This document shows positions 49,167 to 58,189 of a DNA stretch of 64,000 nt, in pieces. The stretch covers positions 64,001 to 128,000 of the forward strand of contig OZ242005.1 of the NCBI GenBank assembly GCA_965204725.1, in the 5' to 3' direction. The first letter of the stretch is position 1. Every line of letters begins with the position of its first letter. The DNA is from Candidatus Latescibacterota bacterium. GTDB taxonomy: Bacteria > Latescibacterota > UBA2968 > UBA8231. A model generated the notes under the pieces. That model made no database searches, was not told the DNA's origin, and saw only the letters and a list, made by a program, of their open reading frames with translations. Both the position numbers and the translations under genes were made by a program.

Positions 49167-50411
49167 ATGAAATCGCTATTGGGATTTTTGGCGTGTCTGT
49201 TGGTGTTGGTGGCCGGTTGCGGAGAGGATACGAAGCGGTCAGTGGGGCCGTCAGCGGCGAAGGTGGCAAGTTCGACGCCTGAAACGGTGTGGACGGGTCT
49301 GAAGGCCGATGGCAAGTACACTACCGCAGGTTCGCCACTTGCGGCGTTTATAATGGCGGCTGGCGCGGGCGATCTGGCGGCGGTCAAGTTGTTTGTACAG
49401 GCGGAGGTCGATAAAGAGGGGCAAGCTATTGTCCACCTAGCGGGTATTGGTCGGTCACGGACTGCCCTTCATGCGGCGGCTCGTGGCGGTCATCGCGCAG
49501 TGGTTACGTACCTTCTCGGTCAGAGTGCGAGCGTCAGCAGTACGGACGGGAATGGGGACACGCCGCTACATGCGGCGGTTGAGGCAGGAAATCTTTTGAT
49601 GGTGCGGGAGCTTGTCGGTCAAGGGGCGAGTGTCGATGCTAAGAACACAGCAAGCGAGACGCCGTTGCATTTCGCGGTGACCCTAGGGCACTTGCTGATT
49701 GTGAAGTATCTGGAAGGGCAAGGAGCCGATCTTACGATCATCTCCACTGACGGCTTGACGCCCTGGGCGTTGGCGAAACTTTTTGGTAGTACGGCGATAG
49801 TGACGTTCTTGGATTCGACGACGGCGCGGGCTTTTGTTGATTCGGCTGGCGCGGGCAACTTAGAAGTTGTCAAGTCATTGGTAGCGGCGGGTATGCCGGT
49901 TGAGACTAAGGTCGAATACGATGGCGGGCGCGGTCCTAATTTTAATCCAAGCTGGACGGCACTGCTTAGGGCGGCGGGGAAGGGTCATCTGGCGGTGGTT
50001 GAGTATCTGATCGAGCAGGAGGCGGATGTGGATGCGGCGACCGCGATCTTCATAAACGATTTTCCTCTTAGTTTGTATTATGGCGAGACGGCTCTGTACT
50101 TGGCTGCGGGTGCTGGTCATGCGGCGGTGGTGAAGGTGTTGTTGGCAGCGGGTGCGACGGTGGATGCTAGGAACTATTATGCCTATACGCCTTTGCACCG
50201 GGCGGCGTTGTTTGGTCATCTGGCTATCGTCCAGTATCTGATTAGTTACGGGGCGGATGTGAATGCTGTGGCCGGCGTCAACGGTTCGGTTCGTTACTTG
50301 GCGGGGAGATGCGCCGAGAGGATTGATGCGGATCTATTTCCCGAAAAAATTGCCCGTTGCCGGTCGGTGGTGGCTTATTTAGACTTGCTGCCCGATGACG
50401 CTGACGAGTAG
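49167..50411 (+). CDS. Ankyrin-repeat lipoprotein
   Basis: AAGGAG RBS; lipobox VAGC; repeated TPLHxA/TALxxAA...GHxxxVxxL...GAxV. Confidence 0.93.
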   Translation: MKSLLGFLACLLVLVAGCGEDTKRSVGPSAAKVASSTPETVWTGLKADGKYTTAGSPLAAFIMAAGAGDLAAVKLFVQAEVDKEGQAIVHLAGIGRSRTALHAAARGGHRAVVTYLLGQSASVSSTDGNGDTPLHAAVEAGNLLMVRELVGQGASVDAKNTASETPLHFAVTLGHLLIVKYLEGQGADLTIISTDGLTPWALAKLFGSTAIVTFLDSTTARAFVDSAGAGNLEVVKSLVAAGMPVETKVEYDGGRGPNFNPSWTALLRAAGKGHLAVVEYLIEQEADVDAATAIFINDFPLSLYYGETALYLAAGAGHAAVVKVLLAAGATVDARNYYAYTPLHRAALFGHLAIVQYLISYGADVNAVAGVNGSVRYLAGRCAERIDADLFPEKIARCRSVVAYLDLLPDDADE

Positions 50412-50475
50412 GTTAGTCTGTCTTATTCGTTGGTAGGTTCGTAGCGGCCGTAGCGACCGCAGCGAATAGCTTGAC

Positions 50476-50509
50476 GCCCCGTAGCCCATACAGTGGCTAC
50501 GGGGCTTTT
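50476..50509 (+). terminator. Intrinsic terminator after the ankyrin gene
   Basis: gccccgtagcc/ggctacggggc stem + tttt. Confidence 0.75.
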
Positions 50510-50621
50510 CTCTGCCGCTTGACCGCCCCTAACGCACGGAACGATATTGAGCAATCCTTGTAAGGTGAACCACGTCGCGGCTGAACCACTGGCAACGTAA
50601 ACCGGGCGCGGCAAGTGAAGG

Positions 50622-50703
50622 AGCGGCGTTGGTTGGGCCGATTGCGTAAGCGCGGCCACCGGGCCGGTTTTCCCGGTTAGAGCGGCCAACGCCGCTTTTT
50701 TTT
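50622..50703 (+). other. Branched stem-loop ending in a T tract at the element's right end (possible sRNA or terminator)
   Basis: agcggcgttgg/ccaacgccgct closing stem, internal hairpins, followed by a T run. Confidence 0.5.
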
Positions 50704-50709
50704 ATGGGG

Positions 50710-50782
50710 CTTGCCGCTTGAATAGCTCGGCAACGACGCCGGGCAGCGGATCGGGTTTTAGTTCAGGAGGGGAGGTCGTCAT
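50710..50782 (-). pseudogene. 5' part of coiled-coil gene copy B
   Basis: MTTSPPELKPDPLPGVVAELFKR, near-identical to the N-terminus of copy A; GGGAG RBS. Confidence 0.88.
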
Positions 50783-51043
50783 GGTCTGCAACTCCCAATT
50801 TTTAACATAGCTGATAGATTAAAGATATAGACAAAATGCTTAGTACACGATAGTCACCCAAAGGACGTTACGCATATTTTCGCGCTGTGTGCTTGCCGAG
50901 CGGCGGCGAGAGGACGGACAGTTCTTGCATTGCCGTTTTCTTCCTCGTATCCTTCATGCAAAGTCGCCGGCCTTATCGCGCTTGCCCGCTGAGTTCCTCC
51001 CGCTAGTCGGCCTCGTCGCCGCGGAGATCGCACATTCAATCCC

Positions 51044-52072
51044 GTGAACCGTCTCTTCCTCATCGGATGGGCCGCCATCCTATTCGGCAACCAGCCAGCC
51101 AACGCCCAGCCGCACCTCTACACCATCGGCCTAGCCTTTACCGATCTCGTCGATCAAGAGGCCCTGCCCGTCCACCTCGCCGATCAACACCCCCTCTTAA
51201 TGCGGGAAATTGAGCGCACACTCAGCGACATCTTTGCCGACATAGGCCGCTTTCGCGCCGTGCGCTTGCGAAGCATGGGCGAGGCCCGCGATCCTAATCA
51301 AGGGGAAGAATCCGTCGATTACATCGCCCACTTCATGCTCAACAAGGCTTATAAAACATACCACAACAAGGTCATTCACTACGAGAACTTGGGCCTATTC
51401 GACGACGGAAGGCCGAGCGAAGACCGCTCTTATGAAGTGATTTCCCTGCCCGCCATCGTCGCCCAACTCGAAGTCAAGCTGGAGGACCCGCGCCGAGACA
51501 GAATTTTTTGGTCGGACTTGCGCGACTCGTCGGCCGTGATACCTTATGACAAACAACTATACCTTTATAATAGTTGGAAGTATCCGGGCGCGTCACATCC
51601 TAGTTTGACGCGCGCTTTCCTAGCCGACCTTCTCCGTTTGCAAATGGCCAATCCCTCCACAGAACGCGCCCTGAATGTCGCCGAACGCTGGTTTATCTCC
51701 AATCCCAGTAGCGACCTCGCCGTTGCCCGAGGGGTGTTAAAGGGCCTAGCGAGCAATCTAGCGCCCGACCTAGACGCGAATTTGCCGCTAGAGGGCCGCA
51801 TAGCAGCCCTATTACCCGCACGGAAAGGCAAACCCCACGTCCGGCTAAACATCGGCGCTCGGCACGGGTTGCTAAAGCGAATGCGGTTCGACGTGTGGCG
51901 GCCTAGGCCATCGCAGCAGAAAGTCGGGCAAATAGAGGTGGTCGAGATGGATTCCACTACGGCCATTGCTCGGCTGCGAAAACTCGACAAGGAACTCAAA
52001 AAACGCGGCGATAGCCTACAAATCCAAGACCGAGTCATTTCCCCCAAACGCCCTTTGAGGAGATCATTATGA
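51044..52072 (+). CDS. Exported protein with FlgT-like C-terminal domain
   Basis: Signal ending ANA; VRLNIGARHGL...FDV...VGQIEV...A. Confidence 0.6.
   Translation: MNRLFLIGWAAILFGNQPANAQPHLYTIGLAFTDLVDQEALPVHLADQHPLLMREIERTLSDIFADIGRFRAVRLRSMGEARDPNQGEESVDYIAHFMLNKAYKTYHNKVIHYENLGLFDDGRPSEDRSYEVISLPAIVAQLEVKLEDPRRDRIFWSDLRDSSAVIPYDKQLYLYNSWKYPGASHPSLTRAFLADLLRLQMANPSTERALNVAERWFISNPSSDLAVARGVLKGLASNLAPDLDANLPLEGRIAALLPARKGKPHVRLNIGARHGLLKRMRFDVWRPRPSQQKVGQIEVVEMDSTTAIARLRKLDKELKKRGDSLQIQDRVISPKRPLRRSL
52041..52072 (+). repeat. 32-bp direct repeat copy 1 (gene end + RBS + ATGA)
   Basis: cccccaaacgccctttgaggagatcattatga; 2 mismatches to 52396-52427. Confidence 0.9.
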
Positions 52073-52392
52073 CCGAACTGACCGAACACCCGCATCCGCA
52101 GCTTGAACGCGATCAAGGCCGCGCAGAAGGCATCCTAGAGCAGATGATAGCCCGGCTGGATCGCTTGGAGGACGCCCACCGGCAAGAGATGACCGCTTTG
52201 CGGCAGGCGATGACTGCCTTAGATCTCGCCCACCGGCAAGAGATGACCGCCTTGCGGCAGGAGATGACTGCCTTAAGCCAACACCTCGACCGCCGCCTCG
52301 ACGCTCAATTGCGCTGGATTATTGGTATCATCATAGGCGTAGCCAGCCTACAAGTAGCTGTTGTATCCATCCTGTTGAAGGTATTGACCTAA
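52069..52392 (+). CDS. Small coiled-coil protein with C-terminal membrane anchor (DUF1640/CCDC90-like), copy C
   Basis: Internal repeat AHRQEMTALRQxMTAL x2; tail WIIGIIIGVASLQVAVVSILLK. Confidence 0.75.
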   Translation: MTELTEHPHPQLERDQGRAEGILEQMIARLDRLEDAHRQEMTALRQAMTALDLAHRQEMTALRQEMTALSQHLDRRLDAQLRWIIGIIIGVASLQVAVVSILLKVLT

Positions 52393-52395
52393 CCG

Positions 52396-52427
52396 CCCCC
52401 AAACGCCCTTTGAGGAGGTCACTATGA
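52396..52427 (+). repeat. 32-bp direct repeat copy 2
   Basis: cccccaaacgccctttgaggaggtcactatga. Confidence 0.9.
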
Positions 52428-53638
52428 GTAAGAAATGGGTCTCCACGCGCTTCGACTCGCCCGCTCAGGACTTCGACCTCGACAGTCTGGTCCGCCGCCT
52501 GCGCCGGGGCTTTTTTATCGCCCTAGCCTCGGCTGCGGCCCTCCTGCTCGTCGTCGTTGCGATCAACCCCTTTAAGGAGGACGAGAAGAAGGCACCTCGC
52601 CCCCTAACGACCAAGTTTATCAAGCGCGAGCCGCGCCTGACCAAGCCGCTGGAGTTGCGCAAAATCCCCCAGCCCAAGCGTCAGCTCGCCCGCCGCGAAG
52701 TCCAGCTAGCGCAAGCGCGCATGGACCAAGTACAGGCCACGGCCTCGTTCAACACCCGCAGCCTAATCGCCGGAGTCAGCGGCTCGGGGATTCGCCTGTC
52801 TGGGCAATCCGCCTTCAGTCCGACGAGTACCATGACCATTGAGCCTAAGCTGACGGCCGCAGCCGTGACCAGCACCCGCACCTCCGAGCACAAAATCGAC
52901 ATGGGCCTGGAGATGCTCGATGTCAACGACATGGACACGGGTCGCTACCGCGCCATTATAGTCCAAGACGCCACGGACAAGCAGGCCATCAAGGGCTTTG
53001 TCAAGATGGCCCAAGTCATGTCCTCGCGGGCACTGGCTGGCGGCACCTCCGGCTACGGCACGGTTACGCTCCGCGTCAAAACTATCGATAGAATACGCGA
53101 CGTGCTTAACGAGTACACCGGCCTCAAGGCCGAATTCCTCGGCTTTATAACATTTGACGACCCGCGCTTGGCAGAAGTACCCATCATTCTGCCCCAGGGT
53201 AATCCCAACGAAACCGAAATGGCCAACCTAGCCCAGTACCTCATGTCGGGTGGTTTTACCTTCAACGGAATCTATGAAGAAGCCCTAGAAAAGTACGGCG
53301 GCCTAATCCGCGGCAAGGACTTCTGGTCCGAGCGTCTGCCGGAAGATCACCCCGTCTATACCGCCTTCTTTGACCTGAGTGGAGGCATGCCTTTTGGCTA
53401 CTCTCCCTCGCTAGGGCAGGGCAAGTCGGGCGTCAAGACCTGGAACTATCTGCGCGGCCATTATATCAAAGGTAGGCTAGCAAGCGTCACGCCCGGCGAC
53501 ACCGGCGGCTGGGGCTGGGAAAACGACGAGCGCGGCGGCGACTCGACGCGCCAGCTACAACTGGCGGTCAACATCATCATCTACGCCCTGACGCAGGAAG
53601 GGTCCATTACCCAACGCCTCATGCAGATGGTCAACTAG
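52424..53638 (+). CDS. Membrane-anchored protein with C-terminal DUF4159-like domain
   Basis: Single TM, Pro/Lys/Arg-rich linker; NLAQYLMSGGF, LPEDHPVYTAFFD, LAVNIIIYALT. Confidence 0.7.
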   Translation: MSKKWVSTRFDSPAQDFDLDSLVRRLRRGFFIALASAAALLLVVVAINPFKEDEKKAPRPLTTKFIKREPRLTKPLELRKIPQPKRQLARREVQLAQARMDQVQATASFNTRSLIAGVSGSGIRLSGQSAFSPTSTMTIEPKLTAAAVTSTRTSEHKIDMGLEMLDVNDMDTGRYRAIIVQDATDKQAIKGFVKMAQVMSSRALAGGTSGYGTVTLRVKTIDRIRDVLNEYTGLKAEFLGFITFDDPRLAEVPIILPQGNPNETEMANLAQYLMSGGFTFNGIYEEALEKYGGLIRGKDFWSERLPEDHPVYTAFFDLSGGMPFGYSPSLGQGKSGVKTWNYLRGHYIKGRLASVTPGDTGGWGWENDERGGDSTRQLQLAVNIIIYALTQEGSITQRLMQMVN

Positions 53639-53639
53639 C

Positions 53640-53750
53640 CCATCTATGGTTCGCCCTTCACCCCTTTTGTGCCTTTTGTGCCTCTTGTGGCCATCTACGG
53701 TCTCCCCTTCACCCCCTTTGTGCCTTTTGTGCCTCTTGTGGCCATCTACG
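53640..53750. repeat. Tandem 51-bp intergenic repeat (2 units plus a partial)
   Basis: ccatcta(t/c)ggt...cccttcacccc...ttgtgccttttgtgcctcttgtgg. Confidence 0.85.
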
Positions 53751-53782
53751 CCAACTCAAAGCAGCCCTCAGCCCCTTTGCCC

Positions 53783-54601
53783 ATGTCCAAGCTCGCCCTA
53801 GCAAGCCTGTGCGTCGCCCTAGTAAGCTGCGCCGCACAACAGGCCGAGTACTACATCGACCAACTCGCCGACCCACGGCGTCAAGTCCGCCTCGACGCCA
53901 GCCACGCCTTAGTGCAACTAGGCGGCGCAGCCATCGATCCTCTGATGGACCGCGCGACCGCTGGCAGCGACACCCTGCGCTACATTGCCGCCCAAGTCCT
54001 CGGCCAAATCGGCGACCACCGCTCCACCCCCTTCCTCAAATCGCTCCTCCGCGATGAAAACCACCATGTCCGCGAACAAGCCGTCCGCGCCCTCGGCCAA
54101 CTCGACGATTCCCGTCTCCACCCAACCCTAGCCGGCGTCCTCGCCAGCGACTCAGTTCCAGAGGTGCGCGGCGCGGCTGCGTGGAGCTTGGGCAACCTCC
54201 GCGACACCACGGCCGTGCCCTCTCTGGTGCGCGCCTTGGCCGATACCGTGCCCTCGGTGCGCCGCCAAGCCCTCGCCGCGCTTCAGTTTCTGTGGACATC
54301 CGAGGCCGAAGCAGCGGCCCTCGCTGCACTCGGCGACCGCGACGCCAACGTGCGCTACGTGGCCGCGCAGCTATTGGGGCATCACCAGACGCACCGCGCC
54401 CTCGACGCGCTGTGCCTCGCCTTGACCGACGACAACATCTGGGTCCGCGTGGAGAGCGCCCGTACCCTCGGCCGCATCGGCGACACCACGGCCGTGGCCC
54501 CGCTAGAGCGCGTATTCGCCGAGCGCGAAGGCCCCGACCACGAGGCAGCAAAAGAGGCACTGCAACTACTCACGGGCCTGAACTACGCGGTCGCCCCTTA
54601 G
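53783..54601 (+). CDS. HEAT-repeat lipoprotein
   Basis: Lipobox LVSC; VRxxAxxALGxxGD repeats; start moved to ATG 53783. Confidence 0.85.
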   Translation: MSKLALASLCVALVSCAAQQAEYYIDQLADPRRQVRLDASHALVQLGGAAIDPLMDRATAGSDTLRYIAAQVLGQIGDHRSTPFLKSLLRDENHHVREQAVRALGQLDDSRLHPTLAGVLASDSVPEVRGAAAWSLGNLRDTTAVPSLVRALADTVPSVRRQALAALQFLWTSEAEAAALAALGDRDANVRYVAAQLLGHHQTHRALDALCLALTDDNIWVRVESARTLGRIGDTTAVAPLERVFAEREGPDHEAAKEALQLLTGLNYAVAP

Positions 54602-54603
54602 CC

Positions 54604-56280
54604 TTGCGCCTCTCGCCCCTGTTTTGCGCCGCGCTGCTATGCGTCCCCCCCCTACACGCCCAGCCCCAATTTAGCGACCAAACCGAGGCCGCTGGCATCA
54701 CTTACCGCAATGTATTCGGCGGGCCAGAGAAACTGTACATCCTCGAGTCCCACGGCAGCGGCGCGGCCTTCTTCGACCACGACTCCGACGGCGACCTCGA
54801 CCTCTACATAGTCAACGGAGCCACCTTTGCCACGTACCGCGACCGCTCAGGGCCGGGCAACGCGCTCTACCGCAACCGCGGCGACGGCACGTTTGGGGAA
54901 ATCACCCGCGAAGCCGGAGTTGGCGACGCCGGTTGGGGCGGGGGCGTGGCCGTAGGCGACATCGACAACGACGGCCGCCCAGACCTCTATGTGACCAACT
55001 ATGGGGCCAACGTGCTCTACCGCAATCGCGGCGACCGCTTTGCCGATGCGACCCGAGCAGCCGGCGTTGCTGGCGATCAATACAGCGCCAGCGCGGCCTT
55101 CTTCGACTACGACCGCGACGGCGATATAGACCTCTATGTCGCCAACTACGTCGTCTTCGATGCCGAGCGCCGGCCGGCCACGCCTGAGCTATGCACCTTT
55201 TTCGGCGGTCTGAGCGTCTATTGCGGTCCCAAAGGCTTAGTCGGCGCACCGGATGTGCTCTACCGCAACGAGGGCGACGGCGCGTTTACCGACGTCACCC
55301 AAGCGTCCGGCGTGGCAGCCGCCAATCGCTACTACGGCTTGGGCGTGGTTCCGGCCGATTACGATTCCGATGGCGACAGCGACCTCTTTGTCGCCAACGA
55401 CGAGACCCCTAACGTGCTCTTCCAAAACCAAGGCGACGGCACCTTCCAAGACATTGCCCTCATCGCGGGTGTGGCGTACAACGGCGATGGCGACGTCGAA
55501 GCGGGTATGGGCGCGGACTTTGGCGACTACGATCAGGACGGCGACCCCGATCTGTACGTAACCCACTTTTTTACCGAGACCAACACGCTCTACCGCAACG
55601 AGGGCGGCGTGCGTTTCTCCGACGTCACGAGCACGGCCGGCCTCGCCGCGCCCACAGTCGAGTTGTTGGGCTGGGGAACGCGCTTTTTCGACTACGACAA
55701 CGACGGTCGCCTCGATATCTTCGTCGCCAACGGCCACGTATATCCGCAGGTTGACCGGGCCACAACCGGCGCCACGTACCGCCAGCCCAACCAACTCTTC
55801 CGCAACGACGGCGGCACTCGCTTCGTCCCCGTACCAGCCGGCCCCGGGCTAGCCCAAGCCAAAGTCAGCCGCGGCACTAGCGTTGGCGACTACGACGACG
55901 ACGGCGATATAGACCTCTTCGTCGTCGAGCTCAACGACGCGCCGACGCTGTTGCGCAACGATGGGGGGAATGCGGGAAATTACCTCGTGGTGCAGGTCTT
56001 GGGCCGCGCGGACAACCGCGATGGGCTCGGCACTCGCATCGGCCTGCAAGCGGCCGGCCAGCACCAGTGGCGCACGGTCAACGGCGCGGGCAGCTATCTG
56101 TCGCACAGCGACTTGCGCGCCCACTTTGGCTTGGGCGCAACGCGAGCCATTGACCGCGTGGAAATCGCCTTTCCCAACGGCAGCACCTATGCGGTCGAGA
56201 ACGTGCCCGCGAACAAGCTCTTAGTCGTCCGCCAAGGGCAGGGGCACGCCGTCCTCGAACTAGGCGCGAATCCTTTTTGA
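54604..56280 (+). CDS. CRTAC1-like protein (FG-GAP/VCBS repeats + ASPIC/UnbV)
   Basis: DxDxDGxxDL(Y/F)V repeats, LYRNxGDG, SYLSHSD..AHFGLG; start (TTG 54604) approximate. Confidence 0.88.
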   Translation: MRLSPLFCAALLCVPPLHAQPQFSDQTEAAGITYRNVFGGPEKLYILESHGSGAAFFDHDSDGDLDLYIVNGATFATYRDRSGPGNALYRNRGDGTFGEITREAGVGDAGWGGGVAVGDIDNDGRPDLYVTNYGANVLYRNRGDRFADATRAAGVAGDQYSASAAFFDYDRDGDIDLYVANYVVFDAERRPATPELCTFFGGLSVYCGPKGLVGAPDVLYRNEGDGAFTDVTQASGVAAANRYYGLGVVPADYDSDGDSDLFVANDETPNVLFQNQGDGTFQDIALIAGVAYNGDGDVEAGMGADFGDYDQDGDPDLYVTHFFTETNTLYRNEGGVRFSDVTSTAGLAAPTVELLGWGTRFFDYDNDGRLDIFVANGHVYPQVDRATTGATYRQPNQLFRNDGGTRFVPVPAGPGLAQAKVSRGTSVGDYDDDGDIDLFVVELNDAPTLLRNDGGNAGNYLVVQVLGRADNRDGLGTRIGLQAAGQHQWRTVNGAGSYLSHSDLRAHFGLGATRAIDRVEIAFPNGSTYAVENVPANKLLVVRQGQGHAVLELGANPF

Positions 56281-56360
56281 CCCCCTCCCCCGGCCCCTCC
56301 CCCGAGGCGGGGGAGGGGAGTCATGCGGGCCTCTTGCTTGTAGGAAGGGGGGAGGGGTTG
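56280..56360. repeat. C/G-tract palindromic intergenic repeat between convergent genes
   Basis: cccctcccccg aggc gggggagggg hairpin plus a second partial arm. Confidence 0.55.
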
Positions 56361-56369
56361 GGTTGGTTA

Positions 56370-57596
56370 CTAGTCTGCGCGGTGTGCGGATCGGACCCGC
56401 TCGATTTCGGCGAGTCGATCCTGTGCGGCGGAGAATTTGGGGTGGAGTTTGAGGAGTTGCTTAAAGGCCGCGGCTGCCTTGTTGACGTAACCGAACTCTA
56501 GGTGGAGTAGCCCCACGTTGTAAGCGGCCTCTGGGGAGCGCGGCGACCGGCTCGCGGCCCGTTTGAGGCTGGCGAGTCGGCCCTCGTATTCCTTGAGCTT
56601 GGTGAAGACCTGCATGAGTTCGCGGCCCTCGTCGCTGCGGCCCTGCTTGAAGTAGAGCTGGGCCAAGCTGTAGTGGGCACCCGCGTGGCCGGGGTCGCGC
56701 TTTATGGCCTCCAAGTAGTAAGTGGCGGCCTGTTCCTCGTGCCCCAGCTTGGCCGTCACCGCGCCTAAGCGGTGATAGGAACCGGCGTGGGCCGCGTCCT
56801 TGAGCAGGGCTTGGTGAAAGTAGCTCCGCGCCGCTTCGAGCTTGCCTTCCTGCTCGCTGATAACGCCGAGGTCGTAAAACGCGCCGGCCCGCTCAACGCC
56901 GAGTTCTACCGCTCGCCGATAGGCCGCCCGCGCCTCCTCGTATTGGCTCAAGGCCATGTAACTCTCGCCCAAGCGGACATGCACGAGTCCTTCGTCCGGG
57001 TGGTCGGCGAGGGCGCGCTGGTACTCGGCAATGGCTTGGCCCGGGCGGTGCTGCTGGTGATAGACCCAGCCCAAATTAGCCCGGGCTTGCAGAAAGTTCG
57101 GCACCAAGCGCACGGCTTCCTCGTACTGAGCAGCGGCCTCTGCGTACAGGCCCTGTTGCTGGTAGAGATAGCCGAGGTTGTAGTAGATCGCCCCAAACTC
57201 GGGCCGGAGCGCGAGCGCCTGCTTATAGCTGTCTTCGGCGGCTAAAAAACGGCCCAATCCATCGAGCGAAACCGCGAGACCAATCCGCGCCTCAAAGTGC
57301 GCTGGGGCCAGCGCCAGTGCCTGTTCAAAGTGGGGGATCGCAACGTCAAAGCGTTCTAGCGCCGCCTGCGTCACGCCTAGATTGCTATGCGCTTGGGCGA
57401 GGTCGGGCGACAACTCAACGGCCTGCTGGTAATAGCGGGCCGCTTCCTCCATCTGGCCTTGGGCGCGCAAGCGGTCGCCTTGCTCAACGGCTTGTTGCGC
57501 GGCGTTTGCCCGGTACTGCGAGTACCAGTACGAGCCGCCCACGCCGAGGGCTATCGCCAGCGCGGCGGCTCCTATGTAAAAGAGGCGACGCGGCAC
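56370..57596 (-). CDS. Membrane-anchored TPR protein
   Basis: N-terminal TM; about 10 TPRs (AxxNLG). Confidence 0.9.
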   Translation of the reverse strand: MPRRLFYIGAAALAIALGVGGSYWYSQYRANAAQQAVEQGDRLRAQGQMEEAARYYQQAVELSPDLAQAHSNLGVTQAALERFDVAIPHFEQALALAPAHFEARIGLAVSLDGLGRFLAAEDSYKQALALRPEFGAIYYNLGYLYQQQGLYAEAAAQYEEAVRLVPNFLQARANLGWVYHQQHRPGQAIAEYQRALADHPDEGLVHVRLGESYMALSQYEEARAAYRRAVELGVERAGAFYDLGVISEQEGKLEAARSYFHQALLKDAAHAGSYHRLGAVTAKLGHEEQAATYYLEAIKRDPGHAGAHYSLAQLYFKQGRSDEGRELMQVFTKLKEYEGRLASLKRAASRSPRSPEAAYNVGLLHLEFGYVNKAAAAFKQLLKLHPKFSAAQDRLAEIERVRSAHRAD

Positions 57597-57624
57597 GTGC
57601 TCGCGGTGGGGGGGGTTGTATGCA

Positions 57625-58077
57625 CTACTGCCGGACGACCTCTATCGCGGTCATGATCTGGTCTTGGCCCCAAGTTCCTCCGAGGCGGAGCGAACTCGTC
57701 GCGATGGAGCCGGTGATCGCGTCGCCTTCTTTGGTGAGGGCATAGACCGTCTTGGCATTGAGGTAGCGCGGCTCTATGGTGATTTGCTCGGGATCGTCGG
57801 GCTGGAGAATGTCGATTGCCTGAATGAAGTCGTTGCGGCCCGCGCCATAAGTCAACTTGGCAGACACAGTAACTTGCTTGGGGGAAACCCGCACAATGTT
57901 TATGGAAACCGGGCGATCTTGCCCGCTGACGCCATTGGACAGGGCGAAATCCCCGCTGCCTTCGTATTCGCCGACCCACGCATCGGCGTAATCGGGCGTC
58001 GATTGAACGGCTTCCTCCGAGCCGCAGCTCAAAATCGTCAACAGGCCCGCCAGGGCCAACCACGTCCATTGTTTCAT
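57625..58077 (-). CDS. Hypothetical lipoprotein
   Basis: GGAGG RBS, MKQWTWLALAGLLTILSC lipobox. Confidence 0.72.
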   Translation of the reverse strand: MKQWTWLALAGLLTILSCGSEEAVQSTPDYADAWVGEYEGSGDFALSNGVSGQDRPVSINIVRVSPKQVTVSAKLTYGAGRNDFIQAIDILQPDDPEQITIEPRYLNAKTVYALTKEGDAITGSIATSSLRLGGTWGQDQIMTAIEVVRQ

Positions 58078-58189
58078 CGGGTGTACCTCCGCAGAGTTTT
58101 TATTCGGCAAAAGTATAGCGCACAACCCGCGGCGAATCAACCGCCTCGGGCCGCGGCCACTCGCCAACGCCCCCCTCAATTCGTACACT

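Larger units (their letters stand above)
47104..50709. mobile_element. 3.6 kb inserted element without recombinase (phage-satellite/plasmid-like)
   Basis: CTTG at both junctions (47100-47103, 50710-50713); ends acccacaaaa / ttttatgggg form an 8/10 inverted repeat; interrupts gene copy B. Confidence 0.82.

Noticed and set aside
47104-50709. Intact prophage or IS element
   Set aside because: No capsid, portal, large terminase, integrase or transposase genes
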